64,000 bases of DNA from Macrostomum lignano. Its lineage: Eukaryota. This document shows, one piece after another, positions 29,552-40,497 of this stretch. The first letter of the stretch is position 1. The number at the start of each line of letters is the position of its first letter. Under the pieces are notes generated by a model that saw only the letters and a list, made by a program, of their open reading frames with translations, was not told the origin of the DNA and ran no database searches. The stretch covers positions 42,487-106,486 of the forward strand of contig NIVC01003287.1 of NCBI GenBank assembly GCA_002269645.1. The letters run 5' to 3'. The position numbers and the translations under genes were made by a program.

Positions 29552-31535
29552 TGATGGGTTTCGACCTTCGGGCTCCTTGTTAGGGAAGCCTTCGGGCCTC
29601 AGGCTCAGAAATAAATCAATTAGAGACCTGGCCCCCCACTCCTGTCAGATGGTCAGCCCCATGGTAGCTTGATCGTGTGGCGAGCAGTCTAGGTCCTATA
29701 GCTAAGAGAGGGACAGCGAGAGACGAGCAGGGAGAATTTTGAAAGTAGAAATTAGCTAATCCGCAGATCAACTAACTTGCTGCCACCAGCCCGTGCGCCC
29801 TGGCTCACCACACCGGGACTCTCGAAATCGGGCTTCCGACTAGAAGGGGCTTTGCACTTACCTGCCAACTAGTGTCTTTTTGCTGTCAATCTCGAAGTCA
29901 TAGCCGATGATAAGGGACACTGCTGGGACTAGATCGCGTTGGCCATGCAGGTACAGAGGGGACTTGTGCAGGGGATTCTTGCGGTGGCGAGTCTATGGGG
30001 TAGCTACATGTACTATTACATTGCTAAATACGAAGGTATGTACTTTTAGCCTTCAACGCGCCAACTAGCCTCTCATAGCGCTGATGATAGGCTAACTCGA
30101 ACTTCAGAGACCTCGCATGATTCATTACCCGAGCCGCTTGGCTAACCTAGAGTGCACAAAGTACATCTCTGGCGCCGATTCTGCACTTCTGGCAGTTTTG
30201 CTCACTGATTTGATTGATTGATCGACTGAGAACCGCCTTGCCATTGGTCCACTGTGACCGGCGCCTACTAGCTTAGCTACTCATCTGAGCCATCGGCGAA
30301 CAAAGAAATAAAACCGATAAAAGTAACTGTCAGATTTAACCTTCTCCTTAGATCACTTCACACTTCGGATCGAATTGGAGTTTCAGACTACTGGCAGTAT
30401 TATTGAATGATTTCTGCCTCAGTAACAGCACCACTGAACAAAATGAGCAAAAGTGTGCGCCTAATTCAGCTACTGAAACAGGGGACAGATAGGGAACCAC
30501 CCAATCAAGCAAGTCTAGGTAGCCTCTCACCCAACCAATCAGAAACTCAACAGCCGGAGACCAGGTAATCCACAGTGACCGAATCGGCTTGATGCTCTGC
30601 AGCTGTAGACTCGGGATGATGCTGTCAAGATCTTCACTGTCAGCTAGCAGGTGATGCTCTTCACTTGATGTTCGCTGCTGATGACCGGGGACTCGTCCTT
30701 GATGATGACGGGGGGAGTCGCAATCCGGGGATCAAGAGACGACGGTCAGGCTCCGGGAGGTCTCTAGCTAGGCCAAGTTCCCAGGAGGTTGAGGTCCGAG
30801 CGGGCCAAAAACACCGGTTTAAATAGCCGCCAACTGGACCGCAGTTTGTTATAACAGAACACGTCGATTCTGATTGGCTGAGCCGTTTTGTTAAAATGAG
30901 CGTCGAATTTTCTGATTGGCTAAGCTTGTTGCTACCAGAATCACGTGACCGAGAGATCCTATCAGTTCCCACAGGGTCGTAAAAAGATGACAGGTGCGGC
31001 CATAAATCACTCAAAATCGCAACAAAATGATTTATGACTTTTCGCGTAGGATTGACAGAAATTAATGAAAAAATATACATTAGAAAGCTCTTATTAAATA
31101 GAAAGTGAAGATAATGAAGAGAAATTGCTAATCGCTAATCCCAAAGTACTTTTAGGGGTAAAACGCATAGCTGTCAAAGCTGTCACACGCTTGAGTGAAT
31201 CCGAACAATAGGCTCTGACCTCATAAATCTTGATGGCCTGTCAAAACGATGAGAAAAAAGCTACGCCCGCATCCTCTCAGACCATCTGGCGCCCGTCTCA
31301 ACACTGAGTGAGGCGCAGGTGGCTGTCAGACCAGCTTCGAAAGCGATGATTTATGACCCAAAAAGCAATGCCTATGTTATTATGACTACTAGTATGGCCA
31401 GACATTATATCTAGTATAGATTCTATGACAATTTGCAGAAAAAGGATAAAAATGCCCATCGCCCACTGTTAGTAGGCTAGTAAATTTAGAGCCCATGTGC
31501 TAGCGCGGGATTTGGAAAAAAGTGCGTCCTCATCA
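29552..31535 (-). repeat. 3' LTR, 1984 bp
   Basis: Direct repeat of 40498-42469, differing by a 14-bp indel, two 1-bp indels and few substitutions. Confidence 0.95.
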
Positions 31536-31539
31536 TATG

Positions 31540-31550
31540 CCCCCCCTATT
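31540..31550 (-). other. Polypurine tract AATAGGGGGGG just upstream of the 3' LTR
   Basis: G-run 4 nt from the LTR start on the minus strand. Confidence 0.65.
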
Positions 31551-33514
31551 TGTGAGTTGATCGCAGATTAACTCAAAAACAACGAAGAAAAATGAGCGCA
31601 GTTTTGTACAAAATCGCAGCTAGCACATCATAAAGAATAGTAAAAATAATAGTTACTCACAAATAGGTATAAGAATATTAAAATAACACGCGTCCCAAGA
31701 AAGGAAATCCCAAAAGAGAAAGAAATTGGGGAAGGGAAAGAATGAAGAAAGAATGGGATCAAAAGAAAGGTGCTTAAAAATAGATATCGCATTTGCCAAT
31801 ACAGTATTAAGTGCGAGATACATGTAAGGGAATAATAAACAGATAAATTATTGCCGCGCGAGTAGACATAGTTCAAAATGTGCGAGATGGGATAAACAGC
31901 GCATGTTCAACGAGACTAAGCTTCATTGTTCGCGTTCGAGTCAGTCTCGATTCTACCTGTTAAGCCTCTTGATGGCTTAATTCCTTTGCCGCGCGGCCGA
32001 CCCGAGCCAGGATGGGCGAGGAGCTTGGGAAATGCGTTGCACATTCTCCCTCCCGCCTGTGGAGTCCACGTGCCAGGGGTTGCCGTGCCCATCTGGCGGC
32101 TGTTGGCGAATGGCGACCCTCAGAGGATTAAGGGACCCTCGAGTCATCTTTGCTGACTGGCTGAGACGCTGCTGGGGGAGGATGACCTCAACCGCCTCGA
32201 GTTCGCAGGGAGATAAAAGCGACTGACCACTCAGGTCATCCACAAATTATGATTTTCATCTTCGAATCCTGCGTCAGCCTTCTACTCGTCAGCCAGCACT
32301 TCGCCACTGCCACCTTTGCTGATTTCGCATCAGGCCAGGCCAGCCACTGCAGACCTCCGATCTTCAACTGGTAAGCCTCATCTCAGCTCTGTGATACTCT
32401 ACCGTACACGTTACTCAATCGAATAATCCCAGACCCATCCCACAGTCTCAGCAACCTTCAGGGTACACTCCCTCTTGTTCATTTGCCCATTCGGTGCTGT
32501 GTAGGATATGTATACTTTAAGATGTATTATGAATAGAGTTTCAGATAAGAGGCAGAATGATTTTGAGCACTAGTGTTATGTTTTAAAAGTTCTTTCGAAG
32601 ATTTTTGTCTTCAAAACTCCGCTTCAATCGCATTCTCTTCCAAGTTTAGTTCACACAATCCTATTTTGTTTTACACTCAGTATTACTACGTATCAGTAGT
32701 ATCGCACGGCCGCGAAATTCAGCTTTAAATTTACCACTCCTAATTTGATTTAGCAATTCGTATTAATCCAGGTGGACCATTCGTACCTTATTTAAGACTT
32801 TTATTAGTTTAATTATTCCTAGCATTCTTCTATATTAATTACCTAATTCGCTCATCGTTGATCTCTTTCTTCGCCTTGGCTCAGTGAGTTTAGTAACACG
32901 AGAAGTCCTAAATTTCAGTTTCAAACTTAACTCAAACCAAGGTTCAGTTTCACATTTAATTTCGAAAGCATTCACGACAAATTAAGCACAATAAGCAAGC
33001 AGTCACATTCACGCACACAACATATTGTTTCTGCCACCATTTGATGAACTTTTTACGCAAAAAATGAGCAAAGAAGAAATTAGGCAAGACAAAATAAGCA
33101 ATGTCACAACAGAGAGAGAAATACCTGGAGATAAATAATGGCACAACATTGAGTATAAATATAAAAAACGCATTTTCAAAGCACCGGGGGATATTCACAG
33201 GGGAATCGGGGGGTACAAAAGACAGTATGAGAAAGCAATGGTTCACGCAATAAGAGGATATATTTACAAGGGGCATAGCAGCACAAAAAAGAAAAATAGG
33301 GAGTTCGAAATTTGCTCCGGCATGACAATAACTTGGTTAAAAGCTGAACATATAAATATAGGTACTGTTCGCTAACTAATCACTTGAGCCGAACGACTTA
33401 ATCGAAAGATTACGTAAAATTTTCCCTAATTAAAAGATTGTCCACATCAGTCCCTCCCTTGGTCTTCTCACTCTTGGTTGGCATTCTGGCTTCGCTGATG
33501 CCTCACCGCCAGGC

Positions 33515-34633
33515 TCAACTCCCAAATCTTCTGGGCGGCTTCAAGAGCAGCAGACCTCTTGAGGACTGAACGCGGGGGTCCTCGCCGCGGTGGAAAACGT
33601 CGTTGAGCAGGTCGTAAGCGAGCCTCAAACGGGGGTACCCGGCCCCGCGCACCAACTCATTGTAAAGCTGGTTTCGCTCGAGCTGCTCGGGCGAAAGCAG
33701 CCAAAACCGCTCGTTAGCCGGGACCACGATCAAACGCTCGCGCAGGCGCTGGGGGCAGGGCTGCAGGAGCGGCAGGCCGCCCCAGTTCTCGGGGGCCTCG
33801 CCGACTGCCAGTATCAGCACCGTCGACTCTAGACAGTCTTGCAGTGCCAGCTGTGCGGCCCATTCGCCCGCTTGGTGAGGCGCGTAGATGAGCAGCGCTG
33901 GCGTGAGGTCGGTAGCCAGCGCAAACAGACCATCATGGAAGACAATAGTATCGGCGCCGCGTAAGCCTAGCACTAGTCGGGCGTACACGACCATCTGTAG
34001 AGCCGTCAGATGAACTTCGTGCCGGCTCAACATGGAGATGATGTTCGCCGCTGCAGCCGGAGTCAGGCCACGATCGACCGCCGCCGGGTAGGGGAAAGCG
34101 AGCAGCTGGGCCAGGTACATGACCGCCCGCCCCGGGTTGCTCAGCTGTAGCGGGGCCAACCGCTGGATTAGATTTGGCCACCTCGTCGCCATCAGCCATG
34201 GGCCCGCACTTTCAACCTCGCGGAAGTGTCGGCTCAGCGCGTCGTAGGCCTCGCCGAAGATCACGCGCCATAGGCTGTTGTCGACGTCGGCCCAGGAGTA
34301 GGCCAGCTCCGTGCCCATCAATGTTGCCGCTCGAGCGTGGGCAGCTCTTAAGGAGTGTCTCTCGTCGATAGCTTGCTGGGCAGCGGGTAGCAGGGTGTAG
34401 TGCAAGGGGCCCTCTCCATGAAGGCGGGTGCCCAGCTGTCCCAGCACTCGATCCTTCGCACTTTGCTCAAGCTGTTCGTGTCTCTCTTCGCCTTCCAGGT
34501 GCCGTAGACCACTCAGGATGGCCGGACGCTCTCCCGTGCTCCCCAGCCCGCCTCGGCTGTGCGGACTGGTCGCGCCGGACGACAGCGGTGAGTGCACTTC
34601 TTCTTTGATAGCGCTAACCAAGAAGGCTTCCAT
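33515..34633 (-). CDS. Orphan 372-aa ORF inside the LTR element, function unknown
   Basis: Uninterrupted GC-rich ORF with globular-looking composition; no signal peptide, no clear transmembrane segment, no RT/IN motifs recognised. Confidence 0.7.
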   Translation of the reverse strand: MEAFLVSAIKEEVHSPLSSGATSPHSRGGLGSTGERPAILSGLRHLEGEERHEQLEQSAKDRVLGQLGTRLHGEGPLHYTLLPAAQQAIDERHSLRAAHARAATLMGTELAYSWADVDNSLWRVIFGEAYDALSRHFREVESAGPWLMATRWPNLIQRLAPLQLSNPGRAVMYLAQLLAFPYPAAVDRGLTPAAAANIISMLSRHEVHLTALQMVVYARLVLGLRGADTIVFHDGLFALATDLTPALLIYAPHQAGEWAAQLALQDCLESTVLILAVGEAPENWGGLPLLQPCPQRLRERLIVVPANERFWLLSPEQLERNQLYNELVRGAGYPRLRLAYDLLNDVFHRGEDPRVQSSRGLLLLKPPRRFGS

Positions 34634-36112
34634 GTCTTCGCAGATGCACAAAGCTCTCACTTACAAACAGAGGATCACAGCTAGCAGAATGCTTTTAGCT
34701 CGCAGAAAGTCAAATTGAATTACAGTCAAAGTTTTCCTTTTTGTATTCGGAGAAAATCAGATAACAGTAAACAGAGGGTGGGGCGACTCCACGTCAGAGT
34801 CACCCTCAGATTGATACAAATCATTTGGGGCGCATAGTAGAAAAAACTCATTATGAGGGCCAATAAAACATTTGAGCTCAACAGACCGTCAACTTTTAGC
34901 AAGAGGAACAAAAAACGAGGGTTACAATGGGGGTCACAATGTGCATGGGGTGCATGGGGGGGGGAGGAGAACGGGAGCGGGGACCAGAGGAGGGAAGAGA
35001 TGAGGGATCCCTGCAGACTAGCTGGGGGGCTAAAAATAGCTACGGCGGATTTCCCCAAGTGAAGAATTGGCTCCTCTAAGTTATGTCAATTGGACTATGA
35101 ACTCAAAGCGATTCAGAATTTCAAGCTAATCCCAATCCTGGCAGCTTCACTCCCTCTCTACCCCTAACCTGCGTCTACCTCTCCACCTCACACCCGCAGA
35201 GGGCGCGCTAATTCTACAACAGAGCCTTATCCTGGGCAAGAAGCTCATTCATGGCGCATTCTCAGTCCTGCCAACAGAGGTGATAGCCCATGGAGACGGC
35301 CAGCTGACACTCCGGCCCCGAGCCGGGACTGCTACTCCGCCTCTAATAGAGGCCACCTTTGCTAACCGCGGCGTGGCTGGACCCGCCCGGAGTGGAGGAG
35401 GTCGCAGCCGCGGTCGCAGTCGGGGTCGGGGCACGCCCAGTAGCGGCGGCACCCGCCCAACTACCGCGGGCACCTCTACCCCCATCGGACACTACAGTGC
35501 TAGCACACCGGAGGCCTCACCAATTTCCGCCTTGGACTCCATTCAAGAGGAGCCCTCAGGTGCGCCTTCCGGTGCTCAACCTGCGGCACCCGCAGCAGCT
35601 GACCTCTCGGTGCGGCTGCAGCAACACGCTAGCGCCCTGCAGGCCTCTGACCATGGCTGCCCTGAACACGACCGCACCGTCGAGTTGTTAGTGCAGGCGG
35701 CCGCTCAGCTCAGCGGTGCCAACTAATTCTCTATTCATGTGCCTAAGGGTTTCTGCCCTTTACTACACCACTTTCACCTTTCATTTGTCCATAAAATCAT
35801 TATTGTATTAATTGCTTCTAAATAACTTCCTAATGCCCTTCTTAATTATATAACCGCTGCACCAGTCTATAGTATCTGTTCCTACCACTAATTCTATTAG
35901 CTATTTTAAATATACTATTTCAGCGTTAACTGCTTCATTTGTAATTTGTTCTAAGAGCTTCTAGTTGCTCCCTCTTAACTGATTTCATCTATTTCCTCTA
36001 TACTGGTACGTCCAACCTGTCATAATACTTTCACGAAATAAACCGGATCTAGCAAAGGATAAGCAAGGGGAAAAGCGAATCGGGCCCCCGACCTTCAGAG
36101 TTCTCAAGGAAG

Positions 36113-36607
36113 TCAACAAAATGGGAGCATTTGCCCCAATACTAATAGATTTCTAGTGTGGTAATCCAACACAGCAGGTGCTGCTGCGAGGAAAGAGTTG
36201 CCCAACAGAGGCCTCGTGCCGGGGTCACTGGCAATCAGGAACATGACAGGCATGGTCTCACTGCCTAAGATGACTGTCAGTTTAGATTGACCCACAATCT
36301 CCAGTCTATGCCCGCTATAGGAATAGATAGAAACTGTAGGGGCCTCCAACCTGTCCATATCATCGTTAGTGGCCGCCACGAAGTCTTTGAAGGGTAAGAT
36401 GGAGACTGCCGACCCAGAATCGATTAAGATTCGGACTGGCAATCTCTCTACTTGAACTTTTACATAAACATCAGCTTGAGAGCTTCTAAATGTTACAGAC
36501 TTCCTAGGGACAATGAAATCGGGTACAAGATTCATTTTCCTTTTGCCACTGTTTACTAAATTTGCCCTTAAAAGTCCAGAAGAGGGGTGAGTGTGGGCGC
36601 CACCCAT
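36113..36607 (-). CDS. Retropepsin-type aspartic protease of the LTR element (probably a -1 frameshift fusion to Gag)
   Basis: VRILIDSGSAVSIL active site, SYSGHRL flap, PLLGNSFL C-terminal motif. Confidence 0.88.
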   Translation of the reverse strand: MGGAHTHPSSGLLRANLVNSGKRKMNLVPDFIVPRKSVTFRSSQADVYVKVQVERLPVRILIDSGSAVSILPFKDFVAATNDDMDRLEAPTVSIYSYSGHRLEIVGQSKLTVILGSETMPVMFLIASDPGTRPLLGNSFLAAAPAVLDYHTRNLLVLGQMLPFC

Positions 36608-36615
36608 CCCTACTC

Positions 36616-37965
36616 TCAGTTTTCCGACCCAGCTGGGAGATAGAAAGTGGGCCGCTGTTTCTGTGCTCCAGGCGCCGGGGTTGGCGGGGGCCTCAAATTC
36701 TCTTCTCCCATACTGCTCTCTCCCTGGGTAGGAACATGCAGAGGAGTCGGGCGCGCGCGTGCACTGTTGCGCAACTGCGGGGGCCGGTAAACCTCAGTTC
36801 TTTCAGTCTGCTTGGCCGAGTCACCATAAATCGCGTTCTGCCTCAATAGTGCGGGCTTCGCTGACAGATTTTGAGATGAGGGGGGCGGGGGCTTGCCCTC
36901 AGGCGGTTGGCTAGCTCGCTCAGTATCTTCTACCACGGTGAGGTCTCCCTCCCAATGATCTGAGTGGCTCATCATGGCCTGATCAATCCTCTCCGCAACC
37001 TGGCTCATAGCGCCGTAAATCTTGCCGACGGTTTCATCTAGGTTGTTTTGACGCTGCTGTAAATCTGCCAGTGCCTCTTCCACTTCCCTTCCTTCCTCCG
37101 ACTCTAGCATGCGGACCCACCTGCGCTGATATTCTCTGTCGCTGGGGCGATTTTGATCTCTGTTTCTCTCGTCCCTACGCTGATCATATCTGGGCTGGTC
37201 TCGCGCTAAGCGCCGGGAAATCTCATCTGCCTCTTGGAGATTCTGCTGTGCTGCCAGCACTTCATCAATGCTGCGAAACTGTTGCCCTAGCAGCGACTTG
37301 CGCACATCTGGGGCGATGTCAGCTGTTTCCAAGTAGGCAAAGATCACCTCCGACTCTAACTGTCTAGGACTCATGTCGGGGTAAGCAGAAGCTATCACGC
37401 TACGCACCATGGCCGAATAGGCGTGGTGATTCTGGCCTGCCTTCTGTTTTAGATTCCGGACCTTGTTCCTCTTCGCTAGTTCTGAGCTGGCCTCTCCTAC
37501 CTGGCGACCTAACCTTTCTATAAATTCCTCAAAGTCAAGGCCGGGATGGAGGGCAATAGCAAGACTCTGCAGATCTGGGGGGAGGAGCGAGATTACTGTG
37601 TTCTTCTTCTGCTCTCTGTCCCTAATCTCTTCAGATCTGAGCTTGAATTTGACTCTGTCAACCCACTGGGGAAAGCAGGATTCTGCTGGGTTGAATTTCT
37701 CAACGCTAATCTTGACACTCTGTGTCTCTCTGCCCAATCCGATAGCTGCAAGGGCTTGCGCTAATTGGGCTGCCATGTCGGCGGCTTGGGGTTGAGGTGG
37801 GGCTCTCTGCGGGGATGACCCGCACTCTGATACATTTGGGGAGACCGAGCCCTGGGACGAAAAATCGCAGGCGGCTGCAGCGGCGGCTGCTGATCCGTTC
37901 CTATTCCCTCTACCTCTTCTGCCTCTACCTCCTGACTTACTGGTACTGGAATTACATGTTTCCAT
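36616..37965 (-). CDS. gag: Gag-like capsid protein, 449 aa
   Basis: EKFNP...FPQWVDR, FEEFIERL, LKQKAGQNHHAYSAMVRSVIASAYP resemble Ty3/Gypsy capsid; lies between PBS and protease; no CCHC knuckle seen. Confidence 0.8.
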   Translation of the reverse strand: METCNSSTSKSGGRGRRGRGNRNGSAAAAAAACDFSSQGSVSPNVSECGSSPQRAPPQPQAADMAAQLAQALAAIGLGRETQSVKISVEKFNPAESCFPQWVDRVKFKLRSEEIRDREQKKNTVISLLPPDLQSLAIALHPGLDFEEFIERLGRQVGEASSELAKRNKVRNLKQKAGQNHHAYSAMVRSVIASAYPDMSPRQLESEVIFAYLETADIAPDVRKSLLGQQFRSIDEVLAAQQNLQEADEISRRLARDQPRYDQRRDERNRDQNRPSDREYQRRWVRMLESEEGREVEEALADLQQRQNNLDETVGKIYGAMSQVAERIDQAMMSHSDHWEGDLTVVEDTERASQPPEGKPPPPSSQNLSAKPALLRQNAIYGDSAKQTERTEVYRPPQLRNSARARPTPLHVPTQGESSMGEENLRPPPTPAPGAQKQRPTFYLPAGSEN

Positions 37966-40477
37966 AGTTCGGGCACAACACCAGTTGCCGGGACAGAACT
38001 AAAGGATGAAAATCTGAACCGGGGCGGAAAAAATGAATGCAATTGGCTATTAGCCGAATTTGGGTGTCTGCTTCAAAGCAAGGCAATGGCAATGAATCGA
38101 ATCGAATGGGGGGAAAAGGGGGGAGAATGTGCAAAAAGCCTAACTGGGGTAGGGTTTTGACACAAGTGAGCAATGGGGGATTGAGCGCCGCGAATGGGGA
38201 AGCTCAAGACAAAAGCAATAAATTACAAGCAAAAATAAGCAAAAAGCAAAAAACACGCAAATAAGCAAAAGATACGCGATCTATATACAAAAAGCGTACA
38301 ATACGAGCGCGGGGCTTGCGATAATGATCGCAAACACAGCACAAAAATGGAAAAATATGCAAAAACCAACAAAGCGGAAACTTCACTTATTCCACTCACA
38401 CCGCAGTCACACTTGACTTCAAATTTTTCACACCTAAAATCCTTCTGTCTCTGTCTTGAATCCGATCTCGGATTTTCTCGAATTGCTGCTTTTAAACTCA
38501 CTGATTCTCAACTGGGCTATGGCCACAGCTTTCCGCAGGCTACTACAGTCTCAGTCTCTCTTTCTCTCTGAGCGGCTCTTTTTGCTTCCGAATAGTTTTA
38601 ATGGGCTAGTAAATCATGGAGGGTCTCATCAGCTCTTATTAGCCTAAATTGCAGGCGCCAATATGTGGGCACCTCATGTGTATTAGAGCTCTCCTGCGTG
38701 GTATGGCCACTAGGAAACCTTCCAGGTGCTGCTACGGCTAGACAGATTCACAATCCCCGTCGAGGTTGCTCTCTTTGTGGAACTTGGACGTCTGACACAG
38801 TTCGCCCAGTGGCCCCTCTGTGTAGCTTTCGTCAGCATTGACTGGTGAGGGCGGATTACACCTAATAAACGATACTCGCGAACAGACAGATAACACACAA
38901 GGAGTTAAGCAGGTCCGTAGTGTAGTGTTCACTCCGCAACAAAACCTTTTGGCACGGTCCCTAAGAATTTTGATCATAGAAAAAGCTACGGGCAGCAGGA
39001 AAGTTTGTCAAATATTATGACCCTACGTTATCGGGTCGGGTATTTTTATAGCGGCGAACCACAGAAGACATCTGTGTCTTGAGTCAGTAGAGTCTGTCCA
39101 GACAAAGCTGCGCTCCCCTCCTCTTGCTATCATAAAAATGAATAGCCACGGCGTTTTCTGCTCTCTGCAGAATCGTTAACCAGAGCGGTAGCTGGAATTC
39201 GCACATACTACCATGGCACCGTGTGGGTAATTCTCTCCGCTTTCCTTACTGTATTTACATTAGATACCCCTCCAATTCTAAGAAAGAACCGAAAGGGCAA
39301 AAGCAAACTTCCAAACCCTAAATTCCGCAACCAGGAAAAATTACATGTGCACTGGCAAACTGTACTACTGAAAGTAATACCTACACACTTTCCAGACTCC
39401 TAGGCTAAGCAGATGGTAAACGTGCGAACTTAAAGTAACTTCAGACCTCACAATTCTGTACCCAAACCCAAAGTAGCGTGGCTGTTCTCGCGTTCTGGTA
39501 GCCGTCGACCCCAGACATATTTTTCAGGACATGGATGTCTGACACAGGAAACCATCCAGAGGCCCAACGGCACAGCACTTGCCATTGTTAGCCGGAATAC
39601 CGAGAATTGCGGTGGGAATTTGAGCTCTCCGTTGCCACTTAAGGCGATTTATACCACCAAAGCCCGAATAGCGGACAACAATTCGTGAGAAGCACTCAGA
39701 TAGAACACCCCGATTTAGATCGAAATGATACTATAATCACACAGTACGCTAATCCGACTGTCCCGTACTAATCTGCTCCAGAGTATAACCTTTGAACCCA
39801 AAACCCGTGAGGCCCTGCGTATGAAACCAAGGCTTCGCACATCCAAAAAGCTGCCTGATTCTAAATTTTGCAAACAAGACAAAAACTACGAGCGCTGTCA
39901 GCATTCTATAATGAACGTTTTGGCCGAGGAAGCATTATCATTCGGATAATGGCCTCTTGTCTACACGACAAAAATTAATAGCTTAATTTCGAGTGATCAG
40001 TTCGAAACTTTTCTGTTTAGCAAAAGTACAAGAACTATCCTAAGTCTCTATTTTCCGCATAATTAGCTGGCTGAAATCAAAACTGGAGAACTAAGCAGAG
40101 AGCCTAGATAACTGATCAAGCTGAGAGAGTTATATGTGCGGGGTTGATTTTTTTTATATGCTCTGGCTTTTTGAATTTTTATAATTTTTTTGGTTGATTT
40201 TTTGGAATAGGCATGCATTTAATGGTAATCAATTCATACTAGTAATTTTTTTGGTTCCAGTAGCATAAATTTTTTGTGCATTTTTGGACTCTCATAATTC
40301 AGACTTGAAAAGCTATCGCAGCTGACTACTTACAGTAATCTAATAGAAACCTAAATTCCCAATTTTGAAATCTAAACGGCGCAACTCGATTTTATTATTC
40401 TGTCACAATTTGCCATTTACCAGCTATCACTACCGGTCAGCACTTTACCACTTCCTACCGGCTAGTGTTTACCAAAC

Positions 40478-40495
40478 ATCCCACCGCTGCCACCA
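40478..40495 (-). other. Primer-binding site TGGTGGCAGCGGTGGGAT, complementary to the 3' 18 nt of tRNA-Leu
   Basis: Plus strand reads ATCCCACCGCTGCCACCA, the recalled 3' end of eukaryotic tRNA-Leu including CCA; 2 nt from the 5' LTR. Confidence 0.88.
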
Positions 40496-40497
40496 TT

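Noticed and set aside
30084-30105. CTGATGA...CGAAC in the LTR as a possible hammerhead
   Set aside because: GAAA core and a proper stem II are lacking.
30348-31080. Small ORFs within the LTRs (also 41280-41943)
   Set aside because: Conserved only because the LTRs are duplicates; a 1-bp indel changes the N-terminus between copies; no motif.
32956-33276. Hydrophobic 106-aa ORF as a possible env remnant
   Set aside because: AT-rich low-complexity sequence with no fusion-protein features.
40478-40495. tRNA-Leu 3'-end match as a tRNA gene
   Set aside because: Only 18 nt, includes CCA and abuts the LTR, so it is a primer-binding site.
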